Below are positions 1 through 20,504 of a stretch of DNA of 64,000 bases, one piece after another. The notes under the pieces were generated by a model. It did not search any database. It saw nothing but the letters and a program-made list of their open reading frames with translations, and had not been told where the DNA came from. A program made the position numbers and the translations under genes. This stretch comes from the human T2T-CHM13v2.0 reference genome, Homo sapiens, in the NCBI RefSeq assembly GCF_009914755.1, contig NC_060939.1, one strand, 5' to 3'. Positions within the stretch are counted from its first letter, which is position 1; each line of letters begins with the position of its first letter.

Positions 1-931
1 AATTGTCTTTAATTAAAAGCAACTTTCTTCTGGTGTTCACTAGTTTAAGTTGGAGTGGAAGCCTATTATATTAAAATGAAGACCAAAAATAATTGTCATG
101 AGTGGGTGATTCCCAGTTAGGCCTTGAAGAATCAGGCCAGAAAAGTTATGAGGTTAATTTTAGAGAAAATATACTTGTTTGAGTTCTTTTATGTGGAGGT
201 TCTAGCATACGATTCCACAGGGCACAGGAAACCACAGTGGAAATGTTACTGTCGATAAAATGAGACCTGGTTGTAGCTGCTTCAACCAGATTGTCTTCCA
301 CAAATGGCTATAAGATCTGTAAGTTTGTGTGTGTCTTATCACTTATTTCTTTCACCTGGTACATATATGGATTGTCTCTGTAGCATTGAGCTGGAAGCCC
401 CTGTCTTAGATACTAGGCATGTGACTTGAATTGGGTTACTGGTATATGGGAGTTCAACTATCCCACTTTGGGCCAAGTGGTATGATCTTTATTCAACCCT
501 AGTCAAATATTCAGTCGTCATCTGGTCAAAGTATTATGATCAGTAGGTCACCCTGAAGTAAGAAAACGTTTATCTTCCAGTAGAGTGGGGCCTGGGGTGG
601 TAGTTATCCTGTGACACCTTGAATTGCTTTGAAGGAAAATATAAATGAGAACTGTTTATCACAGAGCACAGTTGCTTGCGGGATATGCTTCCTTGGATCT
701 GTTCTTGCACCTCTTTATCAGACTCATTTCCTTCTCTCTTTCTGCATATTATCACCTCAGTCTTCTTGGAGTTGGTTTTCAGCTAACGAGATTTCAGACC
801 CTGATTTCATGTTCTATCTAGTTCCTCAAAATTCAGACCAAGAATGCCTACAGCAAATATATGTTCTTTGTTAATGAATTCCCTATTATTGTTGCTTTAA
901 TTATTAGTTCTTCAACTAACAACTTATAAAT

Positions 932-1272
<341 letters not shown>

Positions 1273-2409
1273 TAAGATTTACAGATCATCTGGGAATTTG
1301 TTGTGAAGAGTGACATAGTTTAGGAGTTATTGATCATTTCAGTACAAGAATGAATAAGAATGAAGGGGAGGCTTGAAGATTTGGTGAAAATGCCCATTTT
1401 CCACTGAATCAGTGGTGGTTGACAAAAACTGCTAACCAATTTTTTCTCTTATGAAAATGGCAAAAGAAATTTATATATATATACATATTTATTTAGTCCT
1501 CTAAAAAAAATAAAATTAGACAGGTCTGGTGGTGTGCACCTGTAGTCTCCAGTACCTCCTGAGTGGCTTGAGCCCTCCAGGTCAAGGCTGTAGTGAGCTA
1601 CGAACACACCACTGCACTCCGGCCTGGGTCACAGAGTGAAATCTCAAAATAATAATTAATTAATAATAAATATAAAATAAAATGTGACATCCAGAGCTTA
1701 TTCACATTCTTCACCTCCCTTCTCTTATTCTTTCTCTGGGTAATCTGCATTTTAGTTTTCTGACTTTCAGACCAGATATCCCTTACTTGTGAGGATACAA
1801 TGTAAGTATATAGTGGCTTGTTAGTATGTAATGTGGTCTTTAGTGTCCAGGCCCTGGTTATGGGGATTGTGGTTGTCTTTTTTTTTTTTTTGGAGGTACT
1901 GAGGCTCTGCCAAGCTAACTTCGTTTTAATGCATTTGATAATGAAAAATAATCTCTTCTTCCAATGCATAGGCTTTACTTTATTCCTTGTAGGCCACTTT
2001 GCTTTTCACCTCTGTTTCTTGTAAGCCCCTTGAAGTTCAGTGCTAGTAGTAGGAAAAGGGATATTCACCTGGAACTTTAATTTGAGATTCATCTGGGAAA
2101 GTTGATTTTTATGTTTGTCTTTATTGTGAGGCATGATGGGTCCAAGGAACCTATTGTTATTTAATTTGTCCACCATTTTTCCAGTTTTTCCCACTATTTA
2201 ACATTTTCTTACTCTGTTAATACACATCAGGGTGGTTTTTCTTAAACATAGAGCCATATTGACTACTTGCCAAGACACAAGCTTAGGGATAACACATTAA
2301 GAGTAATATCTACTTTTACTTAGAGTTATAGTTCTAAGAGTGTACAATTCCCAGCATGTGTGTATTCACCATGAATAAAATAACGTTAATGCACAAGTTG
2401 GTAAATTCA

Positions 2410-2714
<305 letters not shown>

Positions 2715-2910
2715 AATTCATTGCGTTTTTATTCAACAAGTATTTATTGATTGCCTGCTGTGAACTAGGCATGGTCCTAGATGCTGATGAGTAAACAAAA
2801 CAAAAATCCCCGTCCTCATGGAGCTTTCATCCTAGTGAGTCGAGACCAAGTAAAAGTTCTAAATAAGTAAATTATATTGTATCAGACGATGGTAAAATAA
2901 GGCTGGAGAG

Positions 2911-3286
<376 letters not shown>

Positions 3287-4124
3287 TTATCAAGAATATT
3301 CACTAAAAGTTGACACTTCAACAAAGTTCTGAAGGAAGAGAGGGAAGAAGCCATGGAAATATCTAGGGTGAAAAGCATTCCAGGAAGAAGGAAAAGGCAA
3401 GTGCAAAAAACCTGAGGCAGGAACAACAAGGAAGCCAGTGTGGCAAGAGTGGAGTGAAAGTGAAGGAGAGAAGTAAGAGAAGGTATCAGAGAGGAAATGG
3501 GGGGCCAGATTGTCTATGGACTTGTAGGTCATGGTAAGCAAGGACTTAGACTTTTATTCTGATTGAGATGAAAACCCGTTGGAGAGTTTTAAGCAGAAGA
3601 ATGGCGTGATCTGATACAAAAAAAAAAAAATTAGTTCTGGCGGCTGTGTTGAGAATAGACCAAGAGGGAAGTTAAGGGCAGAAACAGACCACTTAAGAGG
3701 TTATTGCAGAAGCCCAGGGAGACATTATGATGGCTTGGACCAGGGAAGTAGCCATTGAAGTCTTAAGAAATGGTGAGATATTGGATATACTTTGGCTTTT
3801 CTTTGAGACAGGGTCTCACTCTGTTGCCCACGCTAGAGTGTGTGCCACTATGCTTGGCTAATTTTTTTAACGTTTTATTTTTTGTAGAGATGGGGTCTTG
3901 CTATGTTGCCCAGGCTGATCCCAAACTCCTGGGCTCAAGCAATCCTCCTGCCTGGGCCTCCCAAAGTGCTGGGATTAGAAGTGTGAGCCACCGCACCTAG
4001 CCAGAGAAAAGAATTCTATCTTTGGATGGCAAGAGTGAAGATAAAAAAAAAAAAAGAATTCTATCAAGTTCTACTACAGATAGATCAAGTTCTACTACAG
4101 ATAGATCAATTAAGATGAGAACTG

Positions 4125-4424
4125 AGCCAGGCACGGTGGCTCACGCCTGTAATCCCAGCACTTTGGGAGGCTGAGGCAGGTGGATTACCTGAGGTCAGGA
4201 GTTCAAGACCAGCCTGGCTAACATGGTGAAACCCTGTTTCTACTAAAAATACAAAATTAGCTGGGCATGGTTTTGGACGCCTGTAATCCCAGCTACTCGG
4301 GAGGCTGAGGCAGGCAGGAGAATTGCTTGAACCCAGGAGGCAGAGGTTGCAGTGAGCCGAGATCACGCCATTGCACTCCAGCCTGGGTAACAGGGTAAGA
4401 CTCCATCTCAAAAAAAAAAAAAAA
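4125..4424 (+). mobile_element. AluS with TSD aagatgagaactg
   Basis: Full dimer, A-tail and TSD. Confidence 0.9.
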
Positions 4425-6428
4425 AGATGAGAACTGCGAATTGACCGTTTGATTTAGCAGCATGGAAGTCAACAGTGACCTTTACAAGAATGATTTTGAT
4501 GGAATGATGAGAGTGAAAGCCTACTTATAGTGAATTCAAGAAAAAAGTAGGAGAGGAATTAAAGGCAGGGAGTACAGATAATCTTTTGATGAATTTTGTT
4601 GTAATGGGAATCTGAGAAATGAGTAGTAGCTGGAGGAGGATGTGGGATCTGGATAAGAGATTTTGTTTCATGCCAGACATTACAGAATGTTTGTGTGTTA
4701 ATAGGATTGATCCAGTAGAGAGGCAAAAACTATTGACATGGAAGAAAGAGGAGAGATTGGCTGAAATGGTTTATGGTGTTGGAAAAGCAGAGCTGTTGAT
4801 TGTCCTTTGCCTCAATGGTCTCTAAGCCACAGGGAAGGAAAAACAGGAAAATTAAAGAGATAGTAATTATGAATGCTGCTGCTCTGGTCTCTGTAGAATT
4901 AGGTTTGGAGATCTTGATGGCAGCCTCTGGTTTTATTTGTGCCAAAGCACCTCAGCATGGATCTTGTGCAGAGCTTATTTCCTTCTAATACCCAGCAATA
5001 ACAGCTGGGCCCTGTTTTTCTTTGGCTTCTGAAGATAAAAGGGATAAGAAAGAAGAGGGTTTACCTTTGTATCTGTAGCCTTACTTTTCTACCGTGAACA
5101 TTTGACCCTGCCTATTAATATGATTGTGGCTGATAGTTAATATTAAGTTTGTTTTATTGGCTGGGTGCGGTGGCTCTCTCCTATAATCCCAGAACTTTGG
5201 GAGGTTGAGGCAGGAGAATCATTTGGGTCCAGGAGTTTGAGATCAGCCTGGGCAACATAGAGAGACCCCATCTTTAAAAAAAAACAAAACAAAAACAAAG
5301 TACATGTCCCACCTCTTCCACACTGAAAGCCATGGTGTATGGGCAGGGCCAGATGCTAGTAAAAATCCCTTCTGTTTTCTCCACAGCATCACTTATCATG
5401 TAGGACAAGAGTGGTCAATAAAGAAGTTTTTAACTATTCATGCTTCTAGTTACAGAGAAATTTGAATTTCCTTACTTTTTAAAATGAAACTTTTAGTGGC
5501 TTAGACTTCAGAAGGCTTATCTTAGCAGTCAAATAAGGGTGGAAAATACAGGTAATTTCATACTTTTTACGGTAGTTACTAGGAGAAAGTCTTCTCTGGT
5601 AATGAAGTCTGACCCAGAAGCCTATGAGTCATATTTGTTGAATGTGCTAAACATAAGACATAGTAAGATAGGAAATAATGAAATTCCAGCTCAGCCATTG
5701 CTAACCCCCAATTGTTCTTAAATTGTGATTGTGTAGCCAGCATAGTCTTACTCTAGGTTCTGTGTCTGTTTTTACAAAAAAAGTAAAAGTCCTAACTATT
5801 CACACAGATTTGTTTTTATGATAAGAGATCCAAAGGAGGTTTCTAAATAATTTTCAGAATTGCTCTAACCAGTTACCTTTTCACCCGAAGTAGATCTGGA
5901 AAGCATCCAGCAAAACAGCTTTTGCATGTTCATACCTTTCAGAATGAATCATCTTCCTTCCCTTTAGCTAGAGAAGGGCTATGTGTACTGTTTCTGGCAG
6001 AATTTCCACAGATGTTTTATTTTTCTTAAGTCTTCCAGTGCTTCACTTGAGTTGAACCTAGGGGGTACCTGATGTTCCCCAAGGAGATCTCTGAATCTCC
6101 TGACTCTTGGTTGTTTGTGATAAAAGAGCATTCCGTTCTGATTCTTCTGGGAGGATTTCAGGTATCCTTTTTTTTTTTTTTTTTTTTTTAATGAAGTTGT
6201 TCCCACTATAGGAAATCAGAGATGGCAGGCAATAGACTGTATAATGCTGTACTAAGGATTGTAGAAAGGTGAAGGTTTGTTCTTGCTTGTTGAGCATAAT
6301 CCTCTTTACCTGTGAAATGGAAAGTACTATCATCAGAATGTTGAGGTGAAATCTGGGACATCTTCTGTTCTCCTTAAATTCAAAGCTTGTCCCAACTATC
6401 CTGAACTTTTTATTTTTATATTTCACAG

Positions 6429-6531
6429 TTTCCAGACATCAGTCAAGAATCTGATTCTCCATTTGTTTTCATCTGCAAAAATCCTCAGGAAATGGTTGTG
6501 AAGTTTCCTATTAAAGGAAATCCAAAAATCT
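6429..6531 (+). CDS. TRIP4: TRIP4 (ASC-1, activating signal cointegrator 1) penultimate coding exon, ASCH-domain C-terminal part: FPDISQESDSPFVFICKNPQEMVVKFPIKGNPKI+T
   Basis: Acceptor tttttatatttcacAG at 6427-6428 and donor T|GTAAGT at 6532. The 103-nt exon translates to the recognisable TRIP4 C-terminal peptide, and its phase-1 end joins the next exon to form a TGG (Trp) codon. Confidence 0.95.
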
Positions 6532-6554
6532 GTAAGTCATGATTTTTTTTCTTT

Positions 6555-6666
6555 AAGACTAGTCAAGTGCAGTAGTAAGGAATGGGGAAAAAAGTAGAAC
6601 AAGGAGTTCAATCTATAACTGACTGTGAACAATCAGTTGAGGTAACCCACTACCTTTGGATCAGCC
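6555..6666 (-). pseudogene. Y RNA (RNY1-like) processed pseudogene
   Basis: The reverse complement reads GGCTGATCCAAAGGTAGTGGGTTACCTCAACTGATTGTTCACAGTCAGTTATAGATTGAACTCCTTGTTCTAC...ACTACTGCACTTGACTAGTCTT, a full-length hY1 match (about 85-90% by eye). A-tail at 6543-6554, flanked by TSD tgtaagtcat(g/a)at. Confidence 0.93.
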
Positions 6667-6766
6667 TGTAAGTCATAATCTTTGATGGTCTAATTTTCTT
6701 TTCTTTTCTTTTCTTTTTTTTTGTCTTGCATCTTACTTGTCTAGATTTTTATAAAATCTTCCCTTT

Positions 6767-7149
<383 letters not shown>

Positions 7150-7400
7150 TTAATATAATTATACTTATCAATAACTTTATGTTAGGTTAACTACAGTAAA
7201 GCCTTTCCAAAGTATACCTTGATCCACAATTACCGGCATAGTAAGTCGCTCTAAACTTCAATTTCAGATCCTATTACATTAAAATGCTATTTGTCAGCCA
7301 AAAGAGTGTTTTGCCCCACTGTACTGCTCATTAAAGGAAGTAGTAAGGCAGTGCAGTGGCAACATTGTCATTTATCCATTTATTCATTGTTCAGTATTCA

Positions 7401-8594
<1,194 letters not shown>

Positions 8595-8789
8595 CTAACA
8601 TCCTTGGAAAAGCAACATCAGCAACTCTCCCATTTGCTCATGTCAGTTACCATTTTGTGCCTCTTTGTCATTGCTTTCCCATTGTGTGAATTGCATGATT
8701 CTAGGGCATGCATTGTCCTCACTGGTGCGAAACTCTCCCTCATCCAATACCTTGGGGACCAACTAGCCATTTTATAAATCTATGCCCTA

Positions 8790-8920
8790 GAGAAGTACTT
8801 CTCAAACTATAATGTAACTAAAAATCACCTAGCAAGCTGTTAAAACACAGGTTACTCAATCCTGCTCTCAGGTGATACTGATGCTGTTGGCCAGCTGGCT
8901 GTACTTTAAGTAACACTGCT
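8790..8920. mobile_element. MER5-like hAT-Charlie DNA transposon remnant
   Basis: agtacttctcaaact...aatcacct...caggtgatactgatgctg...actttaagtaacactg. Confidence 0.55.
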
Positions 8921-9139
8921 TTCAATCACAAAATGAAATGCTTAGAGTAGGAATTTATATTAATGTATATTTACTGCAAAATTCAGGCAACATCTTGATT
9001 GATAAGATCCTAAGATTCCTACACATTCGAAGATCTGAACCAAGTTGCCCTTAACTGACACAAATTATTTACTTCAGACGGTACTCCAGTTGGTGGCCCA
9101 GTAGCCCTGGAAATCCTTTCTTTTCTCCACTATTAAGGA

Positions 9140-12842
<3,703 letters not shown>

Positions 12843-12861
12843 TAATATATATTATTTCAGT

Positions 12862-13923
<1,062 letters not shown>

Positions 13924-14320
13924 GTTATTTGATTAAAGGACTCAGTGTATGTGTAATACACGTAGCTCAGTGACTGGTCTATAGAATGCACTTCATGTTA
14001 GCTATAATCTTCTTAATAATTCTGTGTGTTAGTAAGGGCTTTTTCCTCCTTTCATTTTACAGGTTTATGGAAGTTGTTTTACTCAAATCTTTCTGGCACA
14101 AGGTTTCCTGTTCTTTTCACTGTATCAGATTGCCTCAGGAACAAATTATTCCAATTTACATTTCATTTCTAGGGCACAATATCATAGAGTTGGAAGGAAC
14201 CTTCAGTATTGTATAGTCCAGTTTCCTCTTAGAGTTGATAAAAATTGAGGACAAGAGTGACTAGGTAACATACTCAAGGTTATACAGCTAGGAAGTCTTA
14301 GGATTAAAACTGAGTTTTTC

Positions 14321-14615
<295 letters not shown>

Positions 14616-15309
14616 TCAACTTATGCAATACAGACGACTGGATGTCTGGAGTCCTAGATGGAATTCTAAATTCTGTCCCAGCTTGTCCTAAAAAGCTGAA
14701 TGGGACTCACCTCTGGGTACCACCACCTTTACAATCTGTACTCTTACATTTGTCTGATATCTGCTATTTGTGGTTACTTAGTACTGTCTATAATATAAAG
14801 GTTTTGAAATTTGTAGTGTCTACCTTTGTTTAATTCATTTGGTGAGAGCATTTATTGAGCGTCTACCATTTGGCAGTCACTATGGTAGTGTTAGGGATAC
14901 AAAGGCTGACTTGCCTTGTAACAGGGCTCTTTGCCAGATGGCTGGCACATGTTCAGGTTTTCAGCCAGGCAGCATAAGGGATAAAAGAACTCCTAAATCC
15001 CTGGGAATGCCCTATGCTCTAAAGCCCTAATTAAAATCAACAGCATTGTGATTATTGTTAAATGATATTCAGGGTATCACTTAGTGATGGTTTCTGAGGA
15101 AGCCCAGAAAAGGACATAATGTTCTTCTAGAAGCAGGTGTAGCCTAAAAGAAAAGAGAGAGAGAGATAAACAGACAAAGAGAGATATACAGACAGACTAA
15201 TGTTGGGCAAGAGGAGATTTAAGTAAACAGAGAAACTTGTTAGGCTGAGGCTAATTTTTCTCACAGTCTTACTGTGCCATGGTCAGTACATGTATTCTTA
15301 ACTTAATTG

Positions 15310-15430
15310 GACAAGTGAAAATACTGAAATCCAGAGAAATTGAATGACTCGCCTAGGTCACACAGCTAGTTAATACCAGAGAAGGGTGGACTAGAACCTG
15401 GGTCTTCTGATTTTTAGTCCAGTGCTCTGT
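15310..15430. mobile_element. MIR remnant
   Basis: gaaaatactgaaatccagagaaattgaatgactcgcctaggtcacacagctagt...ctagaacctgggtcttctga. Confidence 0.7.
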
Positions 15431-16418
15431 TATGCCCAATTGCTGCAACAAATGAAAATGACAACATATTGAGAGGCAGTGATTATGGGCATGGGCCTGT
15501 GGTATACTCAGCTGCCTTTGAAGGGGAAGACTCCTTGTTTTTTTTTTTTGTTTTCTTTTTTTTTTTTAGTGCTGAGACTGAACTGAATTATGTTTCTATT
15601 TTCAGCATAAGCATCACTATTGACTTAGATGAGACTTTTTGTGGGAGAAAGCAAACTGCCAAACTGTTCTCAGGCCAGACAGACAGGAATTCTCTTAAGA
15701 TTCTCCTAATGAGATGGATGGTTCCTAAGGCTGCTACCACTGAGCCAAACTCTATCCTGGTAGATCTGAGAAGAGGTCAGAGACCACATCAGTAATATAC
15801 CTTTCATTAGGGTCACCTGGGATGGGAAGGTTGCTTGTTTTCTAAGTTTAACACTTAGAGAGTCATATAGCCTATGACCTTTAACCTTCTTAGCTGGTGA
15901 TAGGGGCCCTTTGTCAGTAAAGCATTCATGTGGATTCTATTCCACTGTTGCAGGTCACTCCCCCTATTAAGTCTGAGGCAGCAAAGGGGTGTTGAACTGC
16001 TTTTCTCACTGTGAAGGTTCATGCATTATGCTCAGCCAGTTAACAGGTCACAGGAATGGATTTCCCACTGTGAAATGCCTGCCTTTATTGCATGTGTATA
16101 TTCTTAAAAATTTGCCGTAGCATCAAACCCCTTAAAAATGTGATTATTTCTTTTCTAGTAGCTACAAAATTAGAAATAATTAACTTCTTAGATTCTTAGG
16201 ACAAATACTCATTGTATGCATTTGTGTATCCTTGTACAGTGTTCCCATTGCTTCCTTATTCTTACAGAATGAAACTCTGAAGTTTGGAAGTGTCTGAGTC
16301 CTGAAGTAAGATAATTGAATGTGACAGGAACACAGTAACCAGAAGACCTGGGAGGCTGCAAAAGATTTGCATTGCAAATACAAAAATAAATAATGAGACT
16401 TATTTTTCTCCCTTACAG

Positions 16419-16486
16419 GGAAATTGGATTCCAAGATCCATCAAGGAGCAAAGAAGGGGTTAATGAAGCAGAATAAAGCTGTCTGA
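16419..16486 (+). CDS. TRIP4: TRIP4 last exon, coding part: (W)KLDSKIHQGAKKGLMKQNKAV*
   Basis: Acceptor tatttttctcccttacAG at 16417-16418. GG completes the Trp codon from the upstream exon. TGA at 16484-16486. Matches the known TRIP4 C-terminus. Confidence 0.95.
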
Positions 16487-16725
16487 CCCAGGAGAAAAGG
16501 AACTATACAGCATAGTGGAGTTTTGTGTACTAAAATTGCTATCTACTGGTCCTTTGGAATTGAAGTAGTAGAAACCTAAAGGCTTGGCGTCAGGCTTGAA
16601 TATCTCAGAACTTAAACTCTTACCAAAATCTGTATATTTTTCTTAAGGAGTGGGATTCCTACTTTATGTAATGGGGTCGAAATCTTTGAACACATTATTT
16701 ATAAAAACCTGTTTAAAAATTCTAA
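16487..16725 (+). other. TRIP4: TRIP4 3' UTR (end approximate)
   Basis: Follows the stop codon. The only plausible poly(A) signal nearby is variant TATAAA at 16700-16705, followed by T-rich sequence (gtctttttgacatttttt). Confidence 0.7.
16700..16705 (+). terminator. Non-canonical polyadenylation signal TATAAA for TRIP4
   Basis: tttATAAAaacc, with upstream TGTA elements (16631, 16667) and a downstream U-rich tract. Confidence 0.55.
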
Positions 16726-18794
16726 GTCTTTTGACATTTTTCTTAGAATAGTATCAAAAGAGATTGGACCAAGTTGGAAATTCTTTTCCTTTCTGAGACT
16801 TGTATTTGTAGTTAGAAAGTTTTTAACCTAGGTTAATGATTTTTTTTTGAGGGTTCCTCTCAGATTTTAAAGTTTCTTATCAAAGGGATAATCTGATAGA
16901 GTAATAGGATGTTTGAGGAATCCTGTGCTTAATACAAACCTGTGATGGGACAAAAAGGTTTGTAACAAGTTTTCTGCTCCAATCCAATGTCTCTTAAACA
17001 GTCTGAATGAAATGTGAAAAGCCGAGTAACCCTCACTGGCAAATTTTTTTTTTGGAAGGAATAACCTGAAGAAGTGCTTCCACTTCTTGGGTTTGAGAAG
17101 CCAGGATATGGATGGTTCAGACTGGGAGGAGATGGAGCCACCTGCTAAAGCACCATGAAGCTGCCCTATTTATTTTGTTGGTATTGCAAAAGCATCACTT
17201 GGATGGGGCAATTAGAAACAAACTAAAAAATAAAATCGCCTTAGTAAATGCATCCAAATACCCACCAAATGCTGAACTCAAACCTTTTAAACCATTCACA
17301 TCCCAGAAAGCTATGCGCTTTGGAAAAAGAAGAGGTTGGTTTGAAATGAGATTTTTGTCAGTCTGGCCGTCCTTAGTGAAACACTGTCTGAGGCTGTTCT
17401 GAAGAGCTGTCAGAATCTCAGTTGCTGGCATCCTGAGGAAATTCATGGTCTTAAATGTGTATGTTCTGCTTTTTATAAAACAACACCACCACACTGGGGA
17501 AGTTGGACTCCCTCCAGCAGTTGTGTGCATTTCTTAAAAAAGAGAGAGCAAGGGAGAGAAAAAAAATGTGCCCTGTGTTATGAAAAAGATTAATTTCCCC
17601 TTTCTTTAATCCTTCATATTCAGCGTTTATTTGCATTGAAATGCCTCCACTCATTATGCATTGATGTTCACTCAACTGTGAACCCTGCTTGTTGCATAGC
17701 TCTAGGCATTGGTTTTGCAGGGCCTGATCACTCTGGATTCCCAGGGAAAACCCACCCGATTCTTGTTGCGGTGATGCAAACATGTAGTATTCTCTTTTTC
17801 TGTTCAACCTCTGGAGAAAGGGGAAAGGACTGCTAATGTCCACTTCTTTGGCAGGGGGCATGTCGGGGGAGTCTCTTTCTGGCTTCCTGCAGACCCTACT
17901 ATTAATGAAGCCATACTGGGTTCACTATGCAGCTAATAGTTTACTAAGCAGTAGCACCTTGAATTCTATGCTGGAGTTGTCTGGCTCTCTTAATACCAAA
18001 ATAAAACTAGAAGACAGGAGGTGAAGAGCCTAGGGAGGGAGGAAAAAAGTTTATTTGAACAACAGCCTGAGCATAGAGGTGTCTGGATTGATTTTTTTCT
18101 CCTGGATAGACTGTGTGCATGCCGAAAGAAAAACATCAGGAGCTGTGACAGATCAGGTTATGCAACCATTTTGTGTGCTGAGATAAGACAGTTTACAAGA
18201 ACTTCACAAGTTTACAAGAACCCACCTCAGCATCCAAAATATGCAACTGGAGCCTCATTAGTAAATGGCAGAATAACATGGAAACTTCTCCTTTTCATGG
18301 TTAGACTGTGAAAGTCTGTCTTTAGTTCATATGGTGGTGGTGGTATAAGGTCTCTCTTTTATTTGTGGAGACACCAGGGAGGAAGTGTGGGAGAAACTTG
18401 GGGGTAGATGGCCTTCAGTTGCTCAGTGATGAATAGCACAATTTAAAGCCTAGTGGAAATTCTTAGCAGCCTGAGTGCAAACTTGCCCAGGAATAGCCTT
18501 TTAGGACTTTACAACACTTTGCTCTGACTGTGTAACTCTGGGACAGTGTGGCCTAAAGGAAGTTTCACATTTCTGAGCTGGTTTTTTGTTGCAGTCTAAA
18601 TATCTGTACCCACTTTTGAATAGTTGGGTTCAATTGCTGTCAATTTGTATAGTGCCTAAAGGTTTCAGCTTTTTTGTTTTTGTTTTTGTTTTTGTTTTTC
18701 CAGGCAGGACTCAGTCTCATTTATATAAAGTCAGAGTAGGGGGATATATGAAACTGGAGACTTTCTCTGACGGGGTTTAGGAAGCCTTGGCTTT

Positions 18795-18830
18795 ATTGCT
18801 TCTCGGCCTTTTGGCTAAGATCAAATGTAG
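18795..18830 (+). pseudogene. 3'-truncated U2 snRNA retropseudogene (U2 nt 1-36)
   Basis: ATTGCTTCTCGGCCTTTTGGCTAAGATCAAATGTAG versus the U2 5' end ATCGCTTCTCGGCCTTTTGGCTAAGATCAAGTGTAG (2 mismatches). Flanked by the direct repeat TAGGAAGCCTTGGCTTT. Confidence 0.92.
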
Positions 18831-19683
18831 GAAGCCTTGGCTTTGCAGTTAGATGTTTGGAATAGAGTAAGGGTTTTTGTTTGTTTCTTGCTATAGCTAA
18901 TCTGGAAAAAGAAAACTAGGTATCCCCTCTTTTAAGTCAGAAGTTTACATAAATTCATTTTTTCCTAGGAAGTAAGTGTGAAAAATTTAGACTTCAAAGC
19001 CCATTTATGTGGATTTCATTTAATTTAGTAAATTTTAAAAATGCACCTAGCCAAGATCAAGACAGCATGGGAGTTATTCTCAAAAAGTCAGCTCAAAAAG
19101 ACGAGTAAACAGCAAGCATCTATTAAACTAAAGAAATCAGTGAACTTCAGTTTGTTAGGCCTGGGGAGGGACAGAAAATCCAATGATGAAGGAATTTTTT
19201 TTCCTAGAGATTCAAGTAGCCAAGCATACATCTGCTGCTCTGAGCTTCTGTGAATGTGTTCGGAGGGAGGTGATCCATACCACAGGCACCAGCAGCAACA
19301 AGGCATCCAGCATGTGGAGGGCTTTTCTACTTCTCTCATGCAGAGAAGAAAGAATACAGCCTCAGTGCCATCCTCTGACACAAATGAACTTGTGTAAATG
19401 TCCATTTATGTGTATGTACATAATGTGGCTTAATTCATAGGGTGACAACTGATAACCTGATCCATTTTCAGACTTCATTTGTGACAATGGAGAGTCCAGA
19501 GAGACAACCTAGTAAGTGTACCCTAGCTTGAGGTCAGAAAAATGGATGTGTATATAGTGAGTGGGACTGTGGAACAGTGGGGTGGTGGGGAGTTCCTGAG
19601 AATCCATAGAGGAATGTCACAGGAAGGGAGTGAGATAGTGGCATAAGGAGAAAAAAAAACATCAGTACAGAAGATTTAAGAGT

Positions 19684-19890
19684 CTAGAGCTGTACTGTCT
19701 ATTATGGTAGCCACTAGCCACTTGTGGTTATGAAAATCTCAATTATATGAAATTAAGGATTCAGTTATTCAGTCACTGTTGACCATATTTCAAGTGCTCA
19801 AATAGCTACATGTGGCTAGCGACTTCTGCATTGGACAGCACAGATATAGAACATTTCCATCGCTGCAAAAAGTTCTGTTGGATAGTGCTT
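19684..19890. mobile_element. MER3/MER33-like hAT-Charlie element
   Basis: ctgtctattatggtagccactagccacttgtgg...caagtgctcaaatagctacatgtggctag...ttggacagcacag. Confidence 0.7.
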
Positions 19891-19897
19891 GTCTGGA

Positions 19898-20504
<607 letters not shown>

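Noticed and set aside
6039-6161. Possible 123-nt cryptic TRIP4 exon (tcttccAG ... CAG|GTATCC)
   Set aside because: The donor is weak and there is a competing AG just upstream; no further support.
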